DNA of 61,132 nucleotides, the filler included, from Sphacelaria rigidula (taxonomy: Eukaryota): the NCBI GenBank assembly GCA_964200075.2. It is 7 parts of 7 records of this genome, joined end to end, with 100 filler letters (N's around TTAATTAATTAA, not from the genome) between each part and the next. Parts side by side here need not be neighbours in the genome. Positions count along the whole stretch, not along the records: positions 43,739 to 52,385 come from CAXNAA020010495.1; positions 52,486 to 61,132 come from CAXNAA020010496.1; 5 more parts are not named here. The stretch is one strand, 5' to 3'. This document shows, piece after piece, positions 48,411 through 60,894 of this stretch; position 1 is the first letter of the stretch; the number at the start of each line of letters is the position of its first letter. The position numbers and the translations under genes are program-made. Below the pieces are notes generated by a model that was not told the DNA's origin, did not search any database, and worked only from the letters and a program-made list of their open reading frames with translations.

Positions 48411-51400
48411 TAAAGAGGCCTCCGCCAAGGTGTGTCATCTGTTAAATCGGCACCACTTTCACTTGGAACATTACCGCGTGGCTCAGACCGCCCACCTGAG
48501 GATTGGAAAGCGGAGCTTTCGTTTCACAGGAGGCCACCACCGTTTGCAACACGTCATCGCCCCAATATCATGGCAAGTGTGATTGTTCGTTTGGATCTAT
48601 TTGATGCAGCCCCTATACAAAAAAAGAAATAAGCCTACTAGGGCATAAGAAGTACGTTGTGCAGGACACCTTGCACAGGGCAGGATGACTCAGGAACGGG
48701 TGACGTACAGTTTTCGCGAGATCGGCTCCAAATTCAATGGTTGAATATAATACTCAGATCCGGTTTCACCTTAGGATTTTCAAGGGAGCAACGTTCGAAG
48801 AGCGCCTGGTGTACCCAGCATTGAGTGTTCTTGGGTCTCGCAACCATGACACTCTCTGCGAGAAAATCTGGACGTATCCAAACACTTGGTCCCCTGTTGT
48901 GTTAAGACCAGTCCTTATGGGAGCCGTTAGATTATTCTATTTCCGAACTTTTTCCAACAAGTGGTAAACAGGAACCACTTTAATCGAACAAAATCGTGGA
49001 GATTTTGAACACACGTAACCCCCAAACGTTGAAAGGGCCTCACATTTCGGCCAGGCACTCAAAATCGGGAGACGATTATCCGCGCTTGACGACCTGTTCA
49101 CAATTTAGTGCGAGAAGTAAAACATGGGACCTGTCAATGTTTTTTTACTGTACTACAGCACACATTCACGACTAGCTCATTCCTGCACCTGCACCTGCCA
49201 CTGCACTGTCGTGTGTGTAGGCCTTGCATACATTATCTGGTCTCTGCTGGAATTGCCGTAGTTCCCGCACTGCAGTCGGCTGCAGTCGGCACGCAGTGTT
49301 GTCTTGTCGAATTTGAAAACGCTCTTTAGTATGTGTTAATTGGATTTGTGTTCTTGGCAATGAACAAGGTCCTTGGCGCGCAGACCCAGCATTCCTGTCC
49401 TGTAGCTGACACGGTAGTGTGCTTGGAACCCTCCAAAGACGGTCTGATCTGCGCTGAGGATTGCGTGAACTGCTGCACTGTTACGTCCCGGTCGGTACAA
49501 AAAGCTAGACACAGCTGAAAGCGTCACCGTAATGGTGTGTTGCATGCCATGAGTCGTCTGTAAAACCAACATAGCAATTCGTGCCCACATCCATCATTTC
49601 CATGCCGTAGCTGTCGATGTACCGTCTGCAGTACGTCTGAACCCTACGAGCACGGTTTGATTTATGCTGGAGATTGCCCGAGGTGCTGTGCTGTCGCTGG
49701 TCCGGTCTGTACAGAATTGGGGTGGGAACAAAATGCTGTTGACACAAAGTTGAAGGAGTCACGTGGTGACTATGCAGCCGTTATCTTCTTTGGGTGAAGT
49801 GCAGACCCACCTCATGAAAAAGGACTGCGTCGCTGTTCCATTGGCGTATTGCCGATGACATTATTGCACTGCATAGAGTACGGGGTGCGTCTGATATCGT
49901 TGGGCGATAGGGTGTCGAAGTGCGTTTTTTTTATTAAATGCGATGGGTTCACGCCAGCAATCACCCTGCACTGGGTATATCTGGGGTGCAGCAGCGTCAC
50001 GCAAAACGTTGCACGCACCGCCCAATTCGACGACTTTCGAGCTGAAATTCACCAAGATCTTCTGCACCCAAGGAAATGATACATGCCGTGTGTAGAATGG
50101 TCGTCTTCGCCAGTGCATCTCCAAACAATTTCTGTCGCGGTACCAACTCTATCTTTACCGCAAGATGCGCCAACCCTGGCCAGGCGGTGGCCATCGCGGG
50201 AGTACTGTCTGTACGGCACCGATCAACACGAGCCATCCCGAACAAAAGCACGAAGGCCAACAATAGAGAGCTACAACAGTAGCAGCATCAATGCCGATAT
50301 AATCATTTTCTGGGATTATGCCATCAGCGAGCATGAAACAACGCACAGCAATAACGGTAACACCCCCTTATCTCATGCCCCGTATCCAAAGTCGTACAGG
50401 ATACATGAGGCGGAGGCTAACCAAGCGCAAAAATGGAGACTGCAACGCCAACCACCGCCACCGCAACCATACCGCAGGCACGACGACGCTCATGGTGAAG
50501 GTTGGGTACACCAACCCGTATACAGAAAGACAAAGTACTCCTTGTGGGGCCGTTGGTGTCCTGAATACCATCTTTCCGCAGCACAGTACAGTCCTGTACT
50601 GTGGCTGCGGGGATCAGAAGGCCCGTGGAACACGAGTGTGACGGAGTCCATACTAAAATTAAGTTTCCGTGATATGATGCGTTATACAAACTGAATTGAA
50701 GATTGTTTGGGGATGGATGGGTGGATGGTGGGATGGTTGATTTCTTTTTTTGAGCAAGTGAAAGACAATATAGAGGGACTGGTAATAATATAAATTAAAT
50801 TACTTGAAATTAGAATGTGCGTTGTATAATTTGACCCGTACCCATGGGCCCGCCACCGTTTTTGCTATCCACTGTTGGCTAGCCCAGCTCGTAATCCATG
50901 ACAAGTATATCAACCTCGAAGTTCCCGGCATATCCAACAGTATTTTACAGTAAAAAATACCAGGAACCTCGAATATGGAACACATCTTTCGATGGAACTA
51001 TTTGCTCTAAAACAGAAAAAAATATAGATCACCCCATATGAGGAGAAATAAAAATTTACCCACACTTTTTTTTTAACCGATCCTGCGTCGTTTTCTTCTT
51101 CAATTCGGGATTTTACCCTTTTTTTTTTCAACTCTGAGATCCGTTACGGATGTTTGTAAACAAAGTAGAACCTGCACGGCTATCGAAGTGCAAGCAGTAG
51201 TCAAATCCTCTGCATCTGCGTGCCATACCATGTACGCGCATCTGCATGTAGCCTTGAACCCCACAGGAAAGACGGTGTAGAACTTCGGACATTGCCAACA
51301 TCACCACTGGCAAATGCGAGTCTGCCCCCCGTTGCCGCGAATAAATTATTGACAATCAATCATCCGTTTGAAATAATGGGAGGCAGGCTCACATTTTGCA

Positions 51401-52385
51401 GCGCCTGTAGCGCGACACCGTTTTCACAGGCTGTACTCGCCAACACAGCCAGGTTGCTGTCTTTGTAAGTGCAATACAACGATCCAAGTACAGGTACAGA
51501 CAGTACCGTACAGTACTCGTGGTCACCACACCTCGAGGTGATATTGCGGATATATGCCAGGTTTGTCGTTTTTCACAGCACATCTGGAATCAGAAATAGG
51601 AAGCAAACAGTGATCCGCGACCACAAAATACAGAGTACACCATGGCTTGCAATTCAAGTGCATGCGTGCTTGTGGGTCCCGACGTGAATTATTTTGCACT
51701 CTCATCCCACGTGCTGCCAGCCTTGGCTTGTTTGCATCCTCCTCTCCTCACGGAGAGTCTGCTGCTGCGAACTACAGATGAATGGTTTTCGAATCACTCA
51801 CCACTTTGTATCGGATTTGAATGTCATCCGAGAGTTTTTCGGGGAGGGAGGGGAGGGGGGGGGGGTATCAAATCCCATACATGAAAAGAAAAAAAAGAAG
51901 CAGACAAGCATATGAAAATTCAGAATTCGTGTCAACCCTTCTGGGACCGGGCCTCCAGAACGACCAATGAGGATGGTCAGGAATGACGTGTCTGGCGTCT
52001 AAACGAAACACTGAAGTGTTGCTGAAAATCCGCGTGTGTAACTGCAGGGTTATGACGAAGACCGAAAGTTTCATCTAGTCTGTTTTCAGGTGCAAGGTGC
52101 GCATTAGGTGTACATCTCTGATGTAGCAAGCAGTATGTGTCGCGGTAGAGAGCTTCCAACAGGATGCGGCGACCGGCGGGCCGCCCGCCACTTGTGGGTT
52201 TGGATGATACGTTTGTCTCCATCACCTTGCCACACAGCCCTTTGTGGTCGGGGCGGGCCGCCATTGCCCCCTTTGTTGCATGTGGCAAATGAAGGGTATC
52301 AGCGTTGCGGCGCGCATACATACAACAGAATAGTACAGTACACTGTAGTACGCCTCTCCGACTGAAGCAGCAGCTGCCGCTGCAT

Positions 52386-52485
52386 NNNNNNNNNNNNNNN
52401 NNNNNNNNNNNNNNNNNNNNNNNNNNNNNTTAATTAATTAANNNNNNNNNNNNNNNNNNNNNNNNNNNNNNNNNNNNNNNNNNNN
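52386..52485. other. Artificial contig linker
   Basis: N-TTAATTAATTAA-N, 100 bp. Confidence 0.98.
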
Positions 52486-52637
52486 CGGGTGACTCCCCTG
52501 TAGACTGGAAGATGCTTTGTTCCGAACCTGTCCATGCTGTGCGAATGCTCTTCAGTTGTCTACCCAACCCGCGGACCTTGCCAAAGGTGGATAAGGTCCC
52601 AAAATGGCCAGGTTACAGACCCCAGTGGCCACCCGTG
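52486..52637. mobile_element. One arm of the palindromic CACGGG MITE (second copy; the contig breaks at the palindrome centre)
   Basis: Nearly identical to 4553-4703. Confidence 0.88.
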
Positions 52638-53679
52638 TTGTCATGAAATCAAAAGATGGGCCAAACCTGGTATTCAGGGGGACAGCCTCATCGTTTGGGG
52701 GGATAATCTCTCACGCCCTTTCCGATCATAGCGAGTGCTTTCGTATGTGCTATATCGTCCCGGGATCCTAGTTACACTGGGAACAGAAACCACTGAGAAA
52801 AAGTAAAAAAATATCCTCAGGTGGTAACGGCGCTTAGACACCCCTGATCGATCAAATCAATCCTGGGTAGTGTGAGACTCGTAAAAAGCTGACCCACTGA
52901 AAAAAAAACAATACGTTTGCTGACTGATGGGAGTGCGTAGGCTCTTCTCCCGTCGACCAGCAACCGCTGACCTACTGGACACCGGGGGCTCTTACATCTT
53001 AGATCAAGAGTTCAGTCATGATGCAGTGTCCAGGCAGGTACTCGGTGCCCACCCTTCGTGTACAATTCTAATTCTACGACATGATATTTTTTCTATAAAA
53101 GAGTGGGGCACCCTAAAGTCGGATCCGCATTCACGGAGACCAAAATAACAAAAAACATTAACCGGAACTAGGACTGACCACAGAGGGAAGAAAGAGGAAA
53201 AAAAGAAAAAGAAAAAAAGAAGAAAAAAAGCAATAGTACACAGCGAGGAAAAGGGCGCCGTAACTCCACATCCATTCGGGACAAGAAAACCAAGCTGTGA
53301 AGAAACAGAGGAGCCGCGTAGGCGCTATAGGACAAGAAAGGGCTACAGAAAACTAGCAAAAGTGGCTATGGAACCCACGGGAGACGAAAAAAACGGCTAA
53401 TACAACGAGATCCGTTCGCCAGAATATACATATAAAAATGAAAAGAGGGAAAAAGCACGAAGAAAGAAAGAGAAAAACAAACAAGAAACGCAAGAAACGA
53501 CTCGTACTTCCTTCCCAAACTATATACATATAAAAAGAAAAAAAAAGAAAACCGGAGACAACAAGATGTAGACTGCACCCTTCTCAAGGTACCGTGTTGA
53601 AGGGTTGATACTTTGTGCTTTGTCCCATCTAGTGTCCTTCTCTTTTTTTTTCTTTTTTTTTGTTTGATAACGCCGCTTC

Positions 53680-54125
53680 CTAGCTCGTGACTGCCGGTGT
53701 TGCCGTCTCGCTCAACTGCGCTAGCTGTTTCAGTTCTCTCCGTGACAACTCCTCCCAGTCCCCGTCGTCGTATCGTACTCTCCAGAAACGCTTGCCGTAG
53801 TCGAACACTTGTCCCTTCTGCTTGACCCCACTGAAATTTTTCGAGAACGTGAAACCTATGGGGAACAAGTTCAGGGCATCAATGCGTGACAGAGGGGCAT
53901 GGCGGATGCTCGGGCGAGATGGCGTACTTGGTGTCTTGGCCGGTTGGTAAAGGCACCACAGTGCGTGGAAGCCATCCAGTTGCAGAGGTGTGAAGCTTTC
54001 CAGGACTTCGCTCTCCGGAAGCCACTCTGACGTCGCCCCCTCCTGCGTCCCTCCTTGATACTCCCAACCTGCACTTCCTTTCCCCGATTTGCACTCGCGG
54101 TGGCTCACTATAGGGTAAGGAGGCG
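53680..54125 (-). pseudogene. Integrase C-terminal extension: chromo-like segment followed by a Tudor-like domain
   Basis: YPIVSHR...WEYQG...GATSEWLPESEVLESF, then FSKNFSGVKQKGQVFDYGKRFWRVRYDDGDWEELSRREL. Confidence 0.6.
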
Positions 54126-54154
54126 GGGTGTGGAATTAAGCGAAGACGCGATCC

Positions 54155-55324
54155 TCATGCACACTGGGCGAACTCGTCGGCGATGCAGTGTCTCAAGTGC
54201 AGCGGCCGTACATGGTACGGTTTGACATCAGACGGGGCTACTGTGCGAGTACGTAGTGTTCGTCCTTGCATCACTACCTCGAGACTGTGTCCGAACATCA
54301 GTACCTTTTTCACCGTCCAAGGTCCCGTATACCTGCCGTGCTGCAGCTTCCTGCCCCTGCCATCTCGATACGTGCAGCTTTCACTCTCCCTCACAATTAC
54401 CAGATCCCCTTCCGTGACCGACACGCCTGCTGATGGTCTCGAGATGGTTGCATTTTCCTTCTCCCGCGACGCTTCTTTTTCCCCCTGCCTTTTGTCCATC
54501 GCCATCCTTACCTAGTTCTGTCTGCGCTGTTCAACGAAGGCATCTAATCCCTTGCTCGGTTCTGCTTCTTGTGAGAGGGGCACGAGCGAGCCTAGCGATG
54601 TGCGCAGTTTGCGGCCGAACAGCAGCTCAAAAGAGGACATGTTAGAGGGGAGCGATGTGTCGGGCAATGTGCGCTTTATCCAGAGGGCGGGTGAGACAAA
54701 GTCATCCCACCTCTGGGGCCACAGCCTACATAGTTCCGATAGCATGTCCAACAGCCATCCCCCAAGTCGCTCGACCGCTCCCTGACCGCGTGGGTGGTCC
54801 GACGGCCCAAAGACGACATCCGCCTTAAACCACCTGCACAGATGCGTGACGACATCGGCCCTGAACTCTTTACCCCTGTCGCAGCGGATCATTTGTGGGA
54901 CACCAAAAGTTAGGCATAACTCTGCTAGGATGTGTGCGATCTCGTCCGCTTCCTTTGAATGCAGAGGAAACCCGAACGGGAATCGGGAGGCGCGGTCAAG
55001 TACCAGCAGAATGTACTTGTTGCGCGAGTGCGACATCACATCAATGGTTAGTAAGTCGATTTCCAACTCGGCCCATGGGTGTAGAGTGCGCCCCGGTCTC
55101 ATCGCCATTCAAGGGCTGGATGCCTTCTTGCATCGTCTACAGCTTCACGATAGCACATACTGTCTCGTGTCACGTGTCATCGTTGGCCAATGGAAGCGAT
55201 CGTGTATCAGAGCAAGGGTGGCGCCTACTCCGACATGTTCATGGAGTGCATGTACGAGTGCCAACAGGTCAGCTACCATCGTTTTCGGGACAACTAGCAG
55301 CTCCTTATCGCCGGCTGCTCGGTA
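54155..55324 (-). pseudogene. Gypsy integrase (zinc-binding and DDE core, with internal stops)
   Basis: VHALHEHVGV...RFHWPTM...SCRRC; LEIDLL, YILLVLDRASRF, IRCDRGKEF, GAVERL, SSFELLFGR, RYTGPWTV. Confidence 0.9.
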
Positions 55325-57247
55325 CTACAGTATAACTTGCTCGTCTACTTTGTAGTCTGATCGTCTCTCACTCACCGTCTCTGGTGTTTCGCTGCCTGCA
55401 AGATCTGACTGCACCTGTTTGAGAAATAAATCTTTTCGTTGGTGGTGCCGGAGATTGCTCACGTTGGTGAGTATCCGTAGTGCACGATCGATCGCCGTTG
55501 TTTCCGTCAAGTCCGAATCCGTTAACCCCGTAGGAATTTCTCCCCCGGCTAGGAGCACTTCATCCACTTCTACCCTTTCACCGGTTGTCGGCGGAATGAT
55601 CGGTGTCGGCACCTGTAGCGGTACTTCAATCGGCGTTGGCTCCACGAGCGGATTCGGGGCGACCACTTGAGGAGTGAAGGGCAGAGGTGTTGTATACACA
55701 GCATCGAGGGGTTGCAGGCGTACTGACGGTCTGCGAGTACGAGTCGAACGGCGCACAGGTTGGATATCGGTGATGACTGCGCATTTTGAGAAAGGGAGTA
55801 AACTCAGGGTGGCGATGTCCGGTGGATTGTTGGAATCCGACGATGAGTGCATACTTGTGTCTGAGCTCACTGACGTACCCGCTCCTTCTGGTTGTAGTTC
55901 CGACAGTCGTTGTCCCGCGAGTTGTGATCCCTGTGGGCCTACAAATTCTGTCGGCGAGCCCGACGTGAAATTATCCGAAAAGGAGTCATCAACGTCGGGC
56001 TGTGGCTCACTCGCGTGTGGGAGTCGGGACAATGCATCTGGCAGCACATGTTGGGACCCCTCCCGCCACTGGACGTCGATGTCAGACTCCATTAGCCGCA
56101 AGGCCCCCCTGTGTAACTTGGGGCAGAGATCGCGGCTACGGAGCAACCATATGAGTGCCGAACAGTCCGTGATCAACGTGAACCTTCTTCCAGCTAAGTA
56201 TGGTCTATAGTGTTGGACAGCCCACAAGACAGCCATGCTCTCACGTGGTGTGGGTGCTCTGCGCGAGTCGTTACGAGAGAATCGATGGCTGCTAAATGAT
56301 ACGATACGTGTTTCGCACCCCACCGGCTGCAGCAGCACCGCCCCAGCCCCCACCTCGCTCGCGTCTGTCTGCAGTATACATGAGTTGTGGGGATCGGGGA
56401 AGGCTAGTACCTTCGGCGAGGACAAGGCCGCTTTGAGGGCTTGGGACACCTCTTCCTGCTCGGTATTCCACGGTATGCACAGCATTCGTGCACGCTTGGA
56501 TGCGAAATCTTTGTTGCGGAGCAGGTTGGTTAGTGGGGCGGCTACTAGGCTGTATTTCTCAACAAGCTGGCGCAGGTACCCTGTGAGGCCGAGGAAAGTG
56601 CGTAATTCCTCGACGGTGGATGGTCTGGGCATTTCGGCGATGGCGGCGAGCTTGGATGGCGTGGGTTGAAGGCCATTGCTATCTACCAGCATGCCCAGAA
56701 ACTCTTGCGACGCCGATGCAAAAATGCACTTGCCGAAGTTCACCGAGAATCCTGCGACCAACCAGCGTTGTAAGACGATCACGAAGAGAGCTAGATGCTC
56801 GTCCCAGGATGTGGTCGCTACGAGAATATCGTCAAGCCAAGTGAACATCCCATCCAACTGTCCTACCGTACGTCTTACCCGACGGGTGAACGCGGCGGGT
56901 AGAACTGTTAGACCAAAGCCTGCTCGTGTAAACTCGTATAAGAGGCCATCTGCATCTCGGAAGACCGATATGAAGCGATCTTTCTCCGCGATCTCGATTT
57001 GGTGGAAACCGGAGGCCAGGTCGAGTTGGGTGAAGAAAAGCTTACCTTTGAGGCCGTCGAAAATGGATTGCATATCCCCGAGACCCCCACTGTCCGACAC
57101 TAAGAGTTTGTTCAGTTCACGCCAATCAATGCACAAGCGCAACGTGCCGTCATTTTTCTTCACGTATGGGCATTGGGCTGCCCACGGGGAGGTTGAGGGT
57201 CGAATGGTCCCGCGATCAAGAAGCTTGTGTATTTCTTCGCGGATCAT
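55325..57247 (-). pseudogene. Gypsy reverse transcriptase and RNase H plus a long linker
   Basis: IRPSTSPWA, VKKNDGTLRLCIDWRELN, LDLASGFHQI, WLDDIL, FLGLTGYLR, LQTDASEVGAGAVLLQ, FTLITDCSAL, DALSRL. Confidence 0.95.
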
Positions 57248-57840
57248 GTGCTATCATACGCGTGACCGTGCCAGTAGGCTTCACCGCTACTTGCTCCTTA
57301 CTTCTATTTACAAGTTTGCAATACACCGGCGACCCCGGCTGCCACCACGACACTCCCTTCGCGATCCTCACCTCTGCCCCCTTGTCCAGATCGAACTTTG
57401 CCTGTGGGAGTACAAGCAGAAGCTGCCTATCCTGTGGTTGAGGACTGATCGCGGCTGCCTCTACCGCGGCGCTGACGAAGCCGCTGAGCATGATCGTTTG
57501 TCCGATTAAGCGCAGCTTCCACTCTAGCGTGTTATCGTCTTCCCAAGCTACGTCATGGTAGCTGGGGTAGTTGTGGATGGACGGACAAGCGGGCGTAGCT
57601 AGGGAGGCGGTGGTTTCCATCGCGGTGTACAGAGCTACTAATATATCTTGAATGTGGTAGGAAAGATTTTCGCTCGTCAGGAACGGGATCCGCGGTGCTG
57701 CTGGCGAGGGCCGAACCCTTTTGCTGGGGCGAAATCTAGGATACTGTTATTGTACCGGAAATATTCTGCACCTAAATTGAAGCCGTACGGCAGGCCCTCC
57801 ACTACTCGTACTGTTACATTACGGACCCGTGAGTCGGGGG

Positions 57841-58029
57841 TCAAAAGCAAGGACACGGTAAAGAACCGATTATACGCATTGGGGGGACCTTACTCTGGGA
57901 TGAGTAAGCTGCACAGAGAACACCTGCCGCCTCCGGGTTTGGCGTATCGTCCAAGATGTTGGCCTCGCGTAAGCCGCGCCATAACGCTCCTGGCATATAG
58001 TTGCCACCTCCCGCTCCCGTGTCCAACAA
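57841..58029 (-). pseudogene. Gypsy aspartic protease fragment
   Basis: LLDTGAG motif upstream of the RT. Confidence 0.65.
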
Positions 58030-58446
58030 GACTTCTATCGGCCCCGGCCGACGGAGATGCCGTCGGTGTCAGATCTCGCCCGTCACCCAAAGTTGGCTTC
58101 CTCGACGTTGGGTTATTGTGGTGGCGCTGGGTCGGCGAAGGTTCCCCAGGTCAATTGCACCTGGGGCGTGTCTTCACGCGTCGGCTCGAGTGTCGCGGGC
58201 GGCGGCCTCGCTCACGGATGCGTTTAGCACATCCTCCCCGTCGTCGTCATCGTCGTCGTCGTCTTCGCCGATGAGACCCAGGTCGATTGCCGCCAAGTAT
58301 TGTGCCTCCGTGAGCGCGGCTAGCCGACGTTGGGGGGTGGCCATCTTGCGGCGGGCCGTTAGGCCGCTGTAGTGTGCGGCCGGAATGATACCGTGCGTCC
58401 AGGGACAAGGGTTGTTGCCCCGGTGACGGCACGAGCCGGTGAATGC

Positions 58447-60730
58447 CTAAGCGAAGCAAGTTTTACGATCACGTAAAATGGTAACCACTGCGTCGCGTCC
58501 CGCCGCAATCAGCTGTATGGATGGCTCGGGAGTCGAGGCCGGACCAACTGGCTGGGCGGATGTGGCGGGAGTCGGTGATGGCAAAGTGCTCCCAGACGGC
58601 GGTGCCGGGAGTTTGTGCTGCATATCTGCCGCGCGGGTTGCGGCGGCATGCCCCGGAGTCGTGGCGCGAGGACCGGGGTTGATGAGTGTCGAACCTTGCT
58701 GCATGAAGAGCACGCCGTATGAGCCCGGTGAGGCCGCCAGGTGGTTGTTGAACGCCGCGACGGAAGGTACTGCCGAGTGGTGGCCGACTAACACCTGGGG
58801 TCTAGAGGATGCAGCGGGGTCTGACAGGGCGGGCGGCACTTCGAGGAAGAGAGGTGACCCCGGGTTAGTTTGCTGGAGCATTACGGCGACCTCCGAGGGC
58901 GACTGTAGCAAGTTCCGTACTTCCTCAAGTGAAAATAATCTGTCAGGTCCCGCGCCGCGGTTGCTAGTACGCGGTTGGGGGCGGGCGTGACTGTCGTCGC
59001 TGTATGCCACGTTGCGGGCGCACACGATACGTATGAAGTCCTCGTAAAGACTCTTGGCTACGTCTCCCCTTCTTTGCATTGCTAACCCCATCGGATTGTG
59101 CCACTCGCTCCTCACAGGCTGCAGCCTGGCCCAGATTGCGTGTTTCTTTTCATGGAGGATCGACACTAGACCTAGTCTATTGAGTGGGTTAGGTAGCATG
59201 ACTCGGATAATACGATTGTAAAGCTCGCTTAGCTGCCGGGCGGTGATAAATCGCCAGAAGTACGTGGCTTCGGTATCGTATGGTCTGAGTTTGGTAAACT
59301 CGCGCGAAATGCCAGCAACACCCGTTGCGCCCCCACACTCCACGACTCGTTGGGACCTAAGGTGATGGAGTCTAGTGCAGCGTGTATAAACTGATTGGCC
59401 CCGTTCGTCATCACTTCTTCACGGACGAGGATCCGTAGCCAGCCGGTTATAGTAGCGGATTCATGTGGGACGGTGTCGCTTTCGCCCGTGATACGATACA
59501 CATCTACTCGATCCGCTACGGTTAGGGACGTAAACGTACCACTGGTTTCTGCCAGCAACTCGATTAGGAGGTCGCGCCGGCGGGCGGAGTACTGATCTGT
59601 CTGTGTTACCCACTCACCGTTAACGTTTTCATCCTCCGGCATTTTCAAAACTCCCTGGTCCATTGCACGCAGCGTCGACCATATCTGGTGTTGCAGCACA
59701 ACAGCGCTGTGGACAACCGATAGTTCCCCGGCACTTGGTCCTGCGTACACTGGGCATGGTCGACCGCGCGTGATACGCCTGCGTGCCAGTTCGCTCACCT
59801 TCGCCAGCTGGTTAGATTCCAGACCTTGAACCGCAGCTCCAGCTGCTGCTCCTGGTGCTTCACAACCCCAGCGCCTTAGCCAACCGGCATCCGCCTGCTG
59901 CTGGTACGCCCTGTGCTCCTCCCGGTGGTGGTGACGTTCCCGGGACCCCCACCTAATGGCATTGTGTTGACGCCTGCTGCGGGAGGGCGAGCGAGAGTTT
60001 CGGCGGTAGCGGCGGCGGCGAGAGCGAAAGCGGGAGCGAGAGCGGGAGCGGGGGCAGGAGCGGGGGCGGCGGGGGCGAGAGCGAGAACGGCGCTCTGCCC
60101 GTGAACGGGAGCGAGAGCGGTGGCGGCTCCGAGAGCGGGAAGTCGAGAGTCTGGTGTCTCCGTTGTCCTGCCTGTGGTGCGTCGATGGGGAGCGACGGTC
60201 GAGATCCTCGTGGCTTCTGTGGTGCACGGTGCAGGGGGGGAGCGCCCGGGGGTCGAGATCCCCGGCAGCGCCACCGCCACTGCCGCTCCCTTGGATGCGG
60301 GGAGCACGCCGCTGCGTAGGTGATAGGGGTGACGGGGCGCAGCAGCCCCTAGATTACCTGCTCGACCTGTTGATGGGCGGTGGGGGTCGCTGCCGACTCT
60401 TTCTACGATAGCCCCCCCCCAAAACGTGCATGGTTTTGGGAGGCAAAATTTTCACGTAAATCGAAATGGGAAAAGCCAAGCACAACGAGAAGCCGGGAAT
60501 TCCCATGCTTGGGTTCGGTCTAGCCAATGTCGCCAATATGAGGCGCTTCATGCAGCCTGAACCCGATCATCAGGAGCTGTATGGCTATTTTTTTCTGTGA
60601 CACTTTTCGCTGGTTTTTTGGGGGGGGGGCTACCGTAGAAAATGTCTGCCCTGCAGATTGTTTGCAGAGGCGGCGTTGGTGCTGCTACCTTGGTTATCGT
60701 AGTGGCTATTGGGAGCAGATATCTCTATCA
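58447..60730 (-). pseudogene. Gag-like ORF of the Gypsy element (frameshifted, MITE-interrupted, RS-rich)
   Basis: Long overlapping ORFs (59229-60227, 58447-59343) directly upstream of the protease; assigned by position only. Confidence 0.6.
60406..60635. mobile_element. Tc1/mariner-type MITE (230 bp, TA TSD) inserted in the gag-like ORF
   Basis: TIRs cgatagcccccccccaaaa and ttttggggggggggctaccg. TA at 60404-60405 and 60636-60637. Removing it restores an open frame. Confidence 0.8.
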
Positions 60731-60894
60731 ATCGTCGAAGAGCAGCACGTGATAACGGGCGGAGGTAGCGAAACACGAGTAAGTAGTGAGGAAAAATCAA
60801 AATAAGAATGGTAATGAGACACGCATGGGTGTCCGCACATGCGAGATGGCGATGAGGGAGGAAGTCCCCGGTCATCGACATGGTATGGTGTGAC

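Larger units (their letters stand above)
53680..60730 (-). mobile_element. Ty3/Gypsy LTR retrotransposon internal region (gag-like, PR, RT, RNase H, IN, chromo-like, Tudor-like), decayed; matching LTR pair not found
   Basis: Domain order PR-RT-RH-IN is diagnostic of Gypsy. Multiple stops and frameshifts. Confidence 0.93.

Noticed and set aside
52639-52840. TGTC...GACA segment as the Gypsy 3' LTR, and 60643-60880 as the 5' LTR
   Set aside because: The two segments are not similar to each other, there is no clear PBS, and the 60643 end falls inside the restored gag frame.
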